Below are positions 53,787-64,000 of a stretch of 64,000 bases of DNA, one piece after another. The position numbers and the translations under genes were made by a program. The stretch lies in contig CM060731.1 of the NCBI GenBank assembly GCA_030704615.1, positions 38,998,001-39,062,000 of the forward strand, written 5' to 3'. Numbering within the stretch: the first letter of the stretch is position 1; each line of letters begins with the position of its first letter. This DNA comes from Takakia lepidozioides (taxonomy: Eukaryota; Plantae; Bryophyta). The notes under the pieces were generated by a model that searched no databases, was not told the origin of the DNA, and saw nothing but the letters and a program-made list of their open reading frames with translations.

Positions 53787-54877
53787 TGAATGTCGTCAAC
53801 GCCATTCACAAAATTCCATTCAATGATACTGCAAATACACCCTAATCCACGTGAATGCAAACTCTCGCTTTGGAATGACACATACATAGAAGTGAATGTC
53901 GTCAACGTCATTCACTTTGGATTTGTGAATACACTGCTAATCAAGCCTAATGATTTCTCAAAAGAGGCAAAATCATTGGATGGAAACTGAATGACGGCAA
54001 CGACATTCAGAAACTCGAGTAAGGAACCCTCCCTAAAAACTCAATGGACATTCAAAACGTACATAACACTGAGGACCTCATAATAACACTGGATGTGAAT
54101 GGCGTCAACGCCATTCACAAAATTCCGAACAAGGAACCAATAAATACACCCTAAGCTCCTAATCCATGTAAATTCAAATTGTCGCTGGTGAATGACACAG
54201 ACATAGAAGTGAATGTCGTCAACGTCATTCACTTTGGATTTGTGAATACACTGCTAATCAAGCCTAATGATTTCTCAAAAGAGGCAAAATCATTGGATGG
54301 AAACTGAATGTCGGCAACGACATTCAGAAACTCGAGTAAGGAACCCTCCCTAAAAACTCAATGGACATTCAAAACGTACATAACACTGAGGATCTCATAA
54401 TAACACTGGATGTGAATGGCGTCAACGCCATTCACAAAATTCCGAACAAGGAACCAATAAATACACCCTAAGCTCCTAATCCATGTAAATTCAAATTGTC
54501 GCTAGTGAATGACACAGACATAGAAGTGAATGTCGTCAACGACATTCACTTTGGATCTCTGATAACACAGCTAATCAAGCCTCAAGATTTCTCGCAAGAG
54601 GCAAAAGCATTGCAGAACAACTGAATGTCTGCATTGACATTCAGCAAACTGGAGTGAGAAACCCTCACTGTAAACTCTATGGACATTACAAAAACTTACA
54701 TATCTCTGAGGACCTCTTGACAACTCTGGATGTGAATGTCGTCAACGCCATTCAGGGACATTATCAATTCTAATCAGGGACACTATAAATACACCCTAAA
54801 GCTCCTAATCCAGGTGAATTCAAATTCTCGCTTAAGAATGACTCAGACAAAGAAGTGAATGTCGTCAACGACATTCA
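53787..54877. repeat. Array of 11 palindromic 22-bp motifs TGAATGNCG-N4-CGNCATTCA in a 317-bp higher-order tandem repeat
   Basis: Motif starts at 53787, 53893, 53988, 54096, 54210, 54305, 54413, 54527, 54622, 54733 and 54856; three motifs per 317-bp unit. Confidence 0.92.
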
Positions 54878-55586
54878 ATTTGGATCTATGATTACAATCC
54901 CTATGAAGCCTAATTATTTCCCAGTAGAGTTTCAGTATGATATTGCACCTGTACACAACTCGCATCATGGCCCACTCTCCTCCAACCTGATTGTCAAAGT
55001 CGTTGGACCGTAAAATGTTACCATCTTTGAAGAACTCCCGGAAAAAACAGTATCTCCAGGTGAGACCTCTCCACTTCCTTATGTATGCCTCCAATGACAT
55101 TTGGGGAGGGGAAACAATCAAAATGTTCAAGTCCTTCAAAATCTGATCCAGCACAATGACGGCGCGCTTTTCGAGCTGCAAATTGTATATTTGTCAGTAT
55201 TGCAAATAAGATACTCATCACATAATTGAAGAAAGAAAACGGCTTATTTGAACACACACCTGACTCCAAAATGTAGCCTTGAGGAGCCAGTTATCAAACA
55301 CCAAATCACTGATTCCACCTTTGTGTCAGGCTGTATGGTGCTCTTTGGGAACTGATTCAAGTCCTTTACTGTCTGATCTGAGTTCCATATCTCCAGCCAC
55401 TATTTTTGTTTGTGGGTCGACCATGGATATGGCCAGCCGGTGCAATTTCTCTTACTGCATCTCGTCGTCTGAGCTTCCTCCGCCATATTCTCTGCTCATT
55501 CTTCAACTGTGTTCTGGAGACATCAGTAAACCGATTTACACTGAAGGTCTGCGATAGCAAGGTATCAACGTACGCGAGGAAGGAAG

Positions 55587-58500
55587 ATGGCTTCCTCTGA
55601 AGCGGAGTTCTTCTCTGACGACAAACCAGTGCCGTTCTCCCAGGAAGTCCTTGACAATAGATTTTCAATTGTTCTGGAACATGTCTTGGCTACCCGTTTT
55701 CAGCTTCAGAATGGCTCCATCTTTTTGGAGAAAGAGGTGTACAATTTGAAAGGGAAGTTGTTGAAATACTCTTTCCAAAACTGTGATGAGACGGCTCATG
55801 TCAGCCAGTGGAGAGTGTGCCCTGGTCGATACAGAGTACTTGGAAATCCTCGGCGAAAGTCCCTTGGATCATATGTGACGCCCGGGACTGCTGCTTCGGT
55901 CGTTGAAGACAAGAGGGAGGTGGTGGTGAAAAAAGAACAGACGTCCTCCACTCTGGATTCGTCCGATGATGACATAAGTGAAATTCCAAATCCAGTCCTT
56001 CCTACTGTGGTTGGAGAAGCTGATGAAGAAGAGATTTGTAGTGTCATTCCAAAACTACGGGCGATGGGAGGAATGGCTGGATTCAAAAGTGAGTTGCGAG
56101 GAATTGATTGGGAATCTTTGAAGTAGTTGCCTGTGAAGTTCTTGCCAGAGACTTTTGATGGCGATATCCTATTCGAGCTGCCTCCTCCTCCGCGAGTTGG
56201 AGGTGTAACAATCATGATGCATGGAATGGACAAGAAACACGACGGGCACCCGTGGTGCAGAACAAAAACATCCAATATTCAGAATGATGACAAGCTTGTT
56301 TTCAGGAGAACAGTTTGCAATGGACACCTTAGGTGTGATAATTTGAATTGCAGACACTTTCTTCAGTCTAGGGTTCATAATCAAAGCGAATGGGAGGGTC
56401 TGGCGGAAAATCCATTTCAGCCTGGGACTGCCCCACCACCGGCAAACACTTTCGTCTGCAAATTCTGCAAACTTGTGCCATCCTGCTTGGCGCTCTGCGG
56501 AGCAAGAATGTAGTATGTTGTCCACCGTTTGAAAACAATGACAAGAGCTTGTGTGCATTTCGGATTCCATAACCATCCTATCTCGAAGGGGGATTACAAG
56601 GAGAGTGTTGAGACAGTATCGAGGTTGATTAAACAGGAGTTCGGGAGAAACCCATCCGCAACAACATCTGCAATTGCTCTTGGCGCAAGCAAGTCCTTCT
56701 TAGAAAAGCCATATTTTGAGTGAAGGGGATTCTGTGGGGACTAAACTTGACGGTGCAGCATTGGACCTGGTCATGGATCATTTCTCCACTTTGAGTTCAC
56801 CTAACATTCGGCATCAGATCAATGCATATAGAATGGGCTCTGGTATCAGAGGCTACATAGACAACATTTTGGAGTTGAAACGAGTGAGCAAGTACGATTA
56901 CATCCAGAACAATGTATTCCCAGGTCAAGGTGCCATCAAAGTTTTTCTTTTCAAAATGTCGACTGTTGGGGAGGGCAGTGGGGTTAGCCTCGTGAAGCGG
57001 ATGCAGAAGACTGGGGACTTGCAGAACTGTTTTCTTATGTTTGATCATGTGAAACGAGTGAAGGATTGGACGACAATGGCTTGTCATGTCTACGATCCAG
57101 TGTACCAACGAGTTATGACAATTGCAGTTTGTGACATGCAATCTGAGGATACGGAATCCCAGAAGCTCATGTGGAATTCCTTGATACGTGTCATGGGCTG
57201 CCATGGGGTGCCATCTCCAAATTTCGCAGGTTTCATGGCGGATAGTGCTCAAGCAAATTTCAATGCTGTTCGTATTGTCTTCGGATCGGGCAACCCAAAA
57301 GTGCCAATGCGAGGAAGAGAGCGTACATGTCTATTCCATTGGACACAATCTCTGGAAAAACATACAAAGTCGGACATCAAACCAGAGATGCAGACTCAAC
57401 ACCGTAAATTGTGCAAAGAGTACAAAGATGCTAGAACAATGAAGGAGACGGACTCTTTGTTCCAGACAATTCGTGCCTGGTGGTTCTCTTCTGGAGCTGC
57501 ATCACTTGAGAGTATGAGAGCATTGGAAGATTGGCTGGCATTTTGGCACTTCCGGTATAGACAGTGGGGAGCAGCCATGGCAGTGGTACGAGGCTTATAT
57601 TTCTTGCTTTATTCATACATTTACTTTCCATTTTATTGTCTCCTCGCTTTCTTTATGTCGTTTCATGTTCACTGTTTTGAAGTGTGGTTCTCCACTTTGC
57701 AGAACATGTCCATTGAGGAAATGGCGGACATGTCATCTTGCAATTTGGCAGAAACTGTGCACAACGCATGGTTGCAGCAGTCTGGGAAACGAGGTCGGGA
57801 TTTGTATGTGGCAACAACAGATGATTTGATACGTGCCTTGCAACAACAAACCCGATACCGTAATTTCTTGCGAGGTGGGGTTGGTGGCAAGGGTCCGGAC
57901 AAATGGGAGTTGATGTTGCGTGCTGCAAACAGATCTGGGGATCCAATCAAGATAGCACGGGCGGTGAGCATGTATGCCCAGGGAATGCCACTTGTTTCTA
58001 GAGTTCCACATCTTGAAGGGGAGGAGAGATTCGGCTCCTATAAGAGGAAATTGAATACTCCACCTGGTTCGGATTCCGATTCACACAGGGCAGACCGTGA
58101 TAACTTCTCGAAGCCTCCTGTTCCTCTGCATGACAGCTCCATGTCCGGAACCTCCATTCTGGAGGAACCTCCAACATGACGGCAAGCTCCAGCATCAAAC
58201 AGTGCCACTGAAATGGTGCAGGAGAGAAACAACCCCCTTGATGTGCTTGCGTCCGCATGCCCCGACCACGTTTGACACATAGAACGCATAAGTGCAGGGT
58301 CTCGTGTGAAATGTACAGCGATCAGGGCAACTAATTTCGAGAAGTGCACTTCATCTATATCCAGAGGTGCTGCCCGAACTTCTGCTCCGACTTTCACGGG
58401 TTTGATGCGTCCATACGGTCAACCAGAAGCCAAGAACCACAAGTTCTGGTTCTGCGCAAGTGATTGTGCCAGATGTGTGCATGGAACTGTGCGTCCTTCC

Positions 58501-59088
58501 GTAGTGATGAAGCCATCTCCTCCAACCGTTTGGCCCGTGAAGGTGAGAACACATCTCAAATTTCAGGAGATTGAAATGCTGGAGGAGGCAGGCTTTTCCC
58601 TAGCAAGACAACCCCAACTCCATGCATGTGCTACTACTTCTGCGTCCTCCCGGGTCCCCCCGGCAAATCCTGACTTGTGGCCAACCAAACGAGATGGAAA
58701 GCTCGTTCAACGTTTCCCTCCAACCGCTGAACACTTTGGCAAAGTGGAGTCCGCAAGAATGCTCCAAGCTCGTGTTGGAAGCACCACGGAAGTGCCCGAT
58801 CCAGGATATGGTCGGGTATTCACAATCATCACTTCCACATCTGCTGTTCATGACAGGACCTACGACATCACGGTTTCCAATTTCCCCAATTGCACATGTC
58901 CTGATTTTGTGAATATGCTATCAACCAGTTTGGGCAAGAGAGGTAAATTCATACCCTGCAAACATTTGTATTTCATATTTTTGAAGATGATGGTTTGCGA
59001 TCCCAAACGTGACAACTTCATTCACCAGGCCACTATGAGTTTCAACGAGGTCGATACTCTATTGCAGCGGGATACAACACATGGGTAG
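55587..59088 (+). pseudogene. MULE-type DDE transposase with N-terminal Cys/His (GCM/WRKY-like) region and C-terminal SWIM finger; disrupted
   Basis: DGHPWCRT..CNGHLRC..C...HNHP; FDHVKR (D), FMADSA (D), CLFHW (CxxH), NLAETVHN (E); SWIM CTCPDF...CKH. Stops at 56124, 56511 and 58177, frameshift near 56715, intron ~57585-57701. Confidence 0.88.
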
Positions 59089-60788
59089 CATCAACTATGC
59101 AATGTGGTATGTGGACGACCATGATTTGAAATGTGTAATTCACATAAATTCGTCGGCGGTGCAATGATATGGCCTCCAACTATACTGAGTGAGCTTTGAG
59201 TGACAACTTTTAAAAGCACATTTGTCATTGCACCGTTCGAAGTCTACATGTCTTGCTGTCGCTATGCACTACAATCATCTTTTGAAGATGATCCTAACTC
59301 TCATTGTTATTTGAGGAGGGAGGAAGGTCTTCCCGTGGCCGCCTCTATGGCGCACACTTTGTGAGGATATTTTCTCGTCCTCGTAATTGTAAAAGTGAAA
59401 CAAGCATTTGTAATTGCACAATGTTGGATGCTACAATTGTAGGCCTCATGGTAGTCTTGATTCTATTTAGGCAAGATTCCCTGCATTAATTCCACGGTCA
59501 TAGGACCATCCTCGGTTATAGGCGGCGCATGTTAATGCCGACGTGGCAGATAATGGACAGTGCCACGTCATCATTTGCCGCCACATCAGCATGCTGACAT
59601 GACGCTCATGCCACGTCAGCATGGGTACAGGCTCACGCCACGTCAGCTGGCGTGAGCGTACGCTCACACCACGTCACTTCTGCGTGAGCGTATGCTCGCG
59701 CGCAACGCTCACGCGCAACGCTCACGCCATTGCGTCGTTGTGGATTACAGAGTGGTAGATGCAATCGAGAATAAGAACTGGTGTGATAAGTTGAGTTGGG
59801 TGTTTGCTGGAACAAATCTAGGCTGCCATTGTCAGCTGCTAACAACAATGCAAGGATGTATGCATGATCTGTGCAGAGGCATGGATAGCTGAAGGAGCAG
59901 AGATAGAGTGTCATCCAAGAGGGCCAGATTTCAAGCTCCATATTACTTATGATTCCCTATGGAGGGTTAGCTACAAGAAACCTGCATGGGTAGATGGTAC
60001 ATAGTTTGGAGTGATTTTGACATGATACTGCCAAAGTGACAATAGAAAAGTATCCAGAAACATGTAACAGAGATGAGGAGAAGCTGTGGAATGAATGCTT
60101 TTTTGACCGCAGCAACCAAGGGAAAAATGTGAATGTTTATTAGATTACAGAGAGTAGGAGACGCAACTCAGCAGACACTAAGGCAAACTCTCATTCCCTG
60201 CAAAGGGTGTGTTTTGGTATCTAAGCGAATAAATATAATTTCTAAAAACATAATTTCAATATTTTGTTATTTAATAATATTCTCATCCAGGCCACTGACC
60301 ATTTTTTCTATAATAATAATAATAATAACAATAAATTAAATCCATTAATATTCAAACTTAATATTGGAAAGCAAATAATAATTAATTAATGTGTACCACC
60401 ACACAGGAACGAACACGTGTTGCATAGTGACTTGTCGAAGGTGTGAAATATGACACGTGTCGCATAGTGGCTTGTTCAAGGTGTGAAATCCGCCATGAAA
60501 CATGCCACACTGGCCTTTTTCACACTCTGCTATGTCAGCTATGCCATCGGCCATGTCAGCGGCCATGTCACCATGCACCCCGTGAAAAAAAGCCCACCCA
60601 TGGAAAAAGCCTCCCGTGGAAAAAGCCACCCGTGGACTTTTCCACAGGGCCACATGAGAGCCAAGCCGTCCACGGGGTGTCCGAAAGCACTAGTCGTTCC
60701 TTACACCCACGGCAGGTGTGGACTGCGGCTGATTCCACAGCAAAAAGTGTGGAAAAAACCGTGGAAAAAGCCGGTTTCTCTTCTAGTG

Positions 60789-61828
60789 GTGGTCGCCGAG
60801 TCATGTTCAATTGTCGGGGTTTTACGCACTTTTTGGCCATGCGCCCGGGCTCCCCGCAATTAAAGTATACCCCATCAAAGGTGACCTTCTGTCTGCCATA
60901 AGCTGCTGCACCTGATTTTTCTTTTAGAGCACTAGGTGCCGTCTTGACGTGCGAAGGCCCTCCTTTTGATTTCCATGTGCCATTGTCGCCGCGTGGCCTA
61001 TCCCACTTCTTTTCCGGTCGGCCGGACCTTCTTGTGGTTCAGCTCCGTACGGCCCTGTCTTTCGCCCCTAGGGACATCCGAGAAACATTGAGCCCTTTCA
61101 ATTGCCTCGTTTAAAGTCTTTGGTGACCTCTCTTCCAACTTCCGCCTGGCTCATGGGGCTAGTCCTGCCACAAAGTTGAAGACCATTTCTGGTTCCGCCA
61201 TATCCGTGACTTTGAGCAACAACACATTGAAAACCTGAACATATCCCCGAATGTCATCCGTTTGCTTCAAGTTCCTCAACTTGTCCCGGGCGAGCCAGGA
61301 CGCATTGAGGGGCACAAACTGTCTTTTCATAAGTTCCTTGAAACCACTCCAGCTCTGGATTTGGCCCTTGGTCATGAAGGCGCTTCTGCCACCATTGTTG
61401 AGCATAGCCCCTCAAATAGGTGGGAGCCACTTCCACCCGATCCTCGTCACTCAACTTGGCCGCCTCGAAGTACTGCTCCAGCTCCAACAGCTAGGTGTTG
61501 AGTGCCTTCCGATTTTGGATGCCCTCGAAGGTGTTGGGTTCCTTAGGCATTAGCCGCTCTCATCACGTCTTTCAACGTCCCGCCAAACTACGCCAACAAC
61601 CCTTCCCAAAAGACTGCTGGCATGGGATGCATCTATTGGTCTGGCAGAGCCTTTCGGAAGTCCTCGGGCTCCAACTCCCCAAATTCCTCCCGTTCTTGAG
61701 CGGCCTCGCTTTCAGAAGCATAAATCGCCTCTTCTATTTGCCGCTTCGGTGACACGTTGTCCCCACCGGGCTCACCAGGATCATCGTCTTTCAGGCCGTT
61801 TCGCTTTCGCTTTGTCTTGCCCGACCCC
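60789..61828 (-). pseudogene. gag: Older Ty3 copy: degenerate gag; 5' LTR and PBS missing
   Basis: GSGKTKRKRNG..., LSDEDRVEVAPTYLRGYAQQWW, FNCGEPGRMAKKC; colinear with 39084-40182. Confidence 0.92.
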
Positions 61829-62599
61829 TTCAAATCCCCTCTTCCTCGGCAATACGGTCCTCCAGAGATATATCCAATGTCTATAGTACCTCCTCCAAGG
61901 CCACACCTGTTTCATATTCATCAAATGAAGCATTCAGCAAAGTTTCAGTTTTACACGCATCAAAAGGTTCGAGAGTGTCCATCTCACAACACAAACCACG
62001 TTGAAGCTCATGATTGATGTACTCAAATGCAGCTGGAAGCAACAAAAACACAGTACATGCACACGATTTCCAGTATCGACCATGTACTTACCTAAACTCC
62101 AAATTCAGAAGCCGGCCATTCAAAACTGATTGTTGCTGCGATTGAATGCCCCCTCCCAAATCCCTAGCAGATCGCGCCCCTGAATCCACCAAATCTGCCG
62201 CTGATTGCATTCCTAAACCCACCATATCTGCCGCCTTAGCCCATGCTAACCAGGAACGACAACGGGAGGAGACGGTTGGTATCAACAATGAGTAGAAACG
62301 GCAAACCCTAACCCCAACCGGGTAGGGTTTATGAGGAAAAACCACCTTACGAAGACCTGGCAGGTCTGTTACAGGTGAAATTTTCCTACAACCTATAACT
62401 GTCATGTAGGGTACCTGATAACCGGGTTGATGACCGGGTCAACCCTCTATACCAGTCCAACACTGGTATATACACGTTTGAGGTTAGATATTAATGGCGT
62501 TTCATATTGCATCATCCATGTCTAATGGTGGTTGGTAATGATACATGCTTGATATATAACACATCAATATTTGAGCAATGTAGTTTGTTTGTTTACATT

Positions 62600-63530
62600 A
62601 ACAGGGGATAGAGGCCCTGAAGAACCTTTATTTGGGGAAATAATTTAAAGCCCCATGCCCAACATAAAAGGCACACACACCAATGTCAGTGAAAGAGAAA
62701 ACAACAAAACAACCGGGAGCCGACTTCCAGATAACAGAAAAAATCCAAAGAACTCATCATGAAAGAGAAGTTCATAAAAGAGCAGCAAGCCCACACCGAG
62801 TCAGTGAAGGCCTAAGAGCCGGGTTCCATGGGCACTCCCGATCGCCCCCCCAAGCAAGTGCCACCAGGAGAGAATCGCCCCTTAAAAATGAGAGGGGGTG
62901 GTTCCATGGACACCTTTCCATCCACCCCTCTAGAAATCTTGGCACCAATTGTCATGTTGGCCAAGACACTCTGAATTACAATTAATATAAATTTTGGATG
63001 AAGATGTCAAAATCATCCCCTCTCCTAAAATCTAACTTATTGTGGATAGAAATCATAGGATTATGTAAGGCTGTGGCCCATGCTGTAGGAAAGGACAAAG
63101 GTGTCAGTTAGGGGCGCCCTCAAACTCGATCTCCCTTGTGGACGGAGTGTTTTTTGCACCCCTCGATTCCGTGGGGGCGCCCCTTAGGGAATCTCCTATT
63201 TCGATCAATAGCGCCTCGTTAATCCTGGGGCCGATTAGGGGGGGGGGGTGGTGGCGCTTTCAGCTGCCCTTGGAACCCTGCTCTAATCGAAGGACAGTAA
63301 CTATGAACTAAAAAGACTCTAATGATCAACAACAGTGGAGCCTTGGAGCCTTTTCACTTCTTGAATTCGACCTGAGTCGGGTCTCCAGGAGAATGCGAAG
63401 TACCATAAACTAGCTCCTAGTATGTGGTTGACAACCAAAGCCTGGCCTGTTATGGATAAGTGCTTAGACCTCCAAAACCCCAAGTTTGTCTTGAAATTTG
63501 TTTTATTTGTCATGTTGAGATCTCCCAAAC
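62600..63530 (-). mobile_element. Decayed L1-like LINE remnants (3' end and post-RT region)
   Basis: 3' motif shared with 26779; frame FWRSKHLSITGQALVVNHILGASLWYFAFSW is typical of L1/Tx1 ORF2 downstream of RT. Confidence 0.6.
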
Positions 63531-64000
63531 TGCAAGGTCTCCACCCGGGTTTTTAGTACCGCTGGAAAGCCCTCAATGAATTTCCAAATTGCAAGGTCTC
63601 CACCCAAGGTTTCAATGTTCAGGGGAAGGCCCGGAGGGAGTTCGGATTTAAGGGCACTAGGCCAAGGGCGGTAGCCCGAGGCTGTGCCCGAAAATCCAGG
63701 AACCCCAGACCCGGGAGGCCTTCCCCTGCATAAAGCGCGTGAAGATTTCGTGTGCGTTCCGCACTCCGGTGTTTGATCAGGGAACATTCCATGGTGGGTA
63801 TTGCCCTCCCACGTTTCAGGGGGCATTCCACCGTTGCGTATTGCCCTCCCTTGTCAAATGGGCTATTCTGCTCTGGGAGGAGCAGATATTAACAAAGAGA
63901 AAAATCTCAGAGTGCTTTATGTAGCTGGACAGCCCTTGATGTAGGGGTGCATCAAGGTGGTTTTGAGACAGTTATTAAGGTTTTAGCAATTTCTATGCTC

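Larger units (their letters stand above)
51714..55499 (-). pseudogene. Intron-containing gene for a beta-class N4-cytosine/N6-adenine DNA methyltransferase-like protein (N6_N4_Mtase fold) with a long N-terminal extension; disrupted
   Basis: Approx. exons 55499-55260, 55176-54949, ~53680-52945, 52830-52492, 52287-52003, 51907-51714. Spliced C-terminus reads ADIVILDIPDG (motif IV position)...FLSDAGTLLFF...PWRGAKEKSPAFMQILLESCSHHSARVVDLSVST|GATYHACKAGGRSLFGMEGDSDLY (motifs X, I, II in beta order). Two stops in exon 1 and a frameshift near 52185. Confidence 0.72.
50659..59740. mobile_element. Mutator-like DNA transposon (9082 bp) carrying a transposase and a divergent DNA amino-methyltransferase-like gene
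   Basis: Perfect 9-bp TSD TGGATTACA at 50650-50658 and 59741-59749; imperfect TIR CAGGGATGCCTCGGCGTGAGC vs CAACGACGCAATGGCGTGAGC (15/21); clustered GCGTGAGC/GCTCACGC subterminal motifs; internal MULE+SWIM transposase. Confidence 0.9.
44160..60788. mobile_element. Pack-CACTA element carrying PPR fragments, now in two pieces (44160-46608 inverted; 49240-60788), with a nested MULE
   Basis: The identical 28-bp end GTGGAAAAAGCCGGTTTCTCTTCTAGTG (reverse complement CACTAGAAGAG...) occurs at 46581-46608 and 60761-60788. Flanks are CAT and CAC (3-bp TSD, one transition) and rejoin the Ty3 gag C-terminus. CCGTGGAAAA subterminal repeats are present. Confidence 0.8.

Noticed and set aside
53787-54877. 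CRISPR array (palindromic repeats with spacers)
   Set aside because: Spacers are 73-101 bp and recur every third unit (317-bp tandem). No cas genes are present and the context is a eukaryotic intron.
51714-55499. Bacterial contamination or restriction-modification system
   Set aside because: The gene has spliceosomal introns, sits inside a TSD-bounded plant transposon nest, and no endonuclease partner is visible.

Overview
Land-plant nuclear DNA (GT-AG introns; the very regular PLS-PPR suggests a seed-free plant, species not determinable). Positions 1-25.5 kb hold four compact host genes: the 3' end of an SGR2-like DDHD phospholipase, an intronless PLS-PPR-DYW RNA-editing factor, a TRIPP-like gene (minus strand) and MED14, the last two head-to-head. 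Positions 26.7-64 kb are a nested transposon island. It contains LINE remnants, a decayed piggyBac-type transposase, a very young full-length chromoviral Ty3 element inserted in the LTR of an older relative, a small CACTA element, and a Pack-CACTA carrying PPR fragments (split by a ~5 kb inversion). Nested in the Pack-CACTA is a 9.08 kb Mutator-like element bounded by 9-bp TSDs. This MULE carries a transposase, a divergently oriented intron-containing gene for a beta-class N4-cytosine/N6-adenine DNA-methyltransferase-like protein, and an intronic array of 11 palindromic 22-bp sites. That transposase + amino-MTase + palindrome-array unit is the best candidate for an undescribed system; this copy is pseudogenised. 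All calls come from manual reading, with no database searches.
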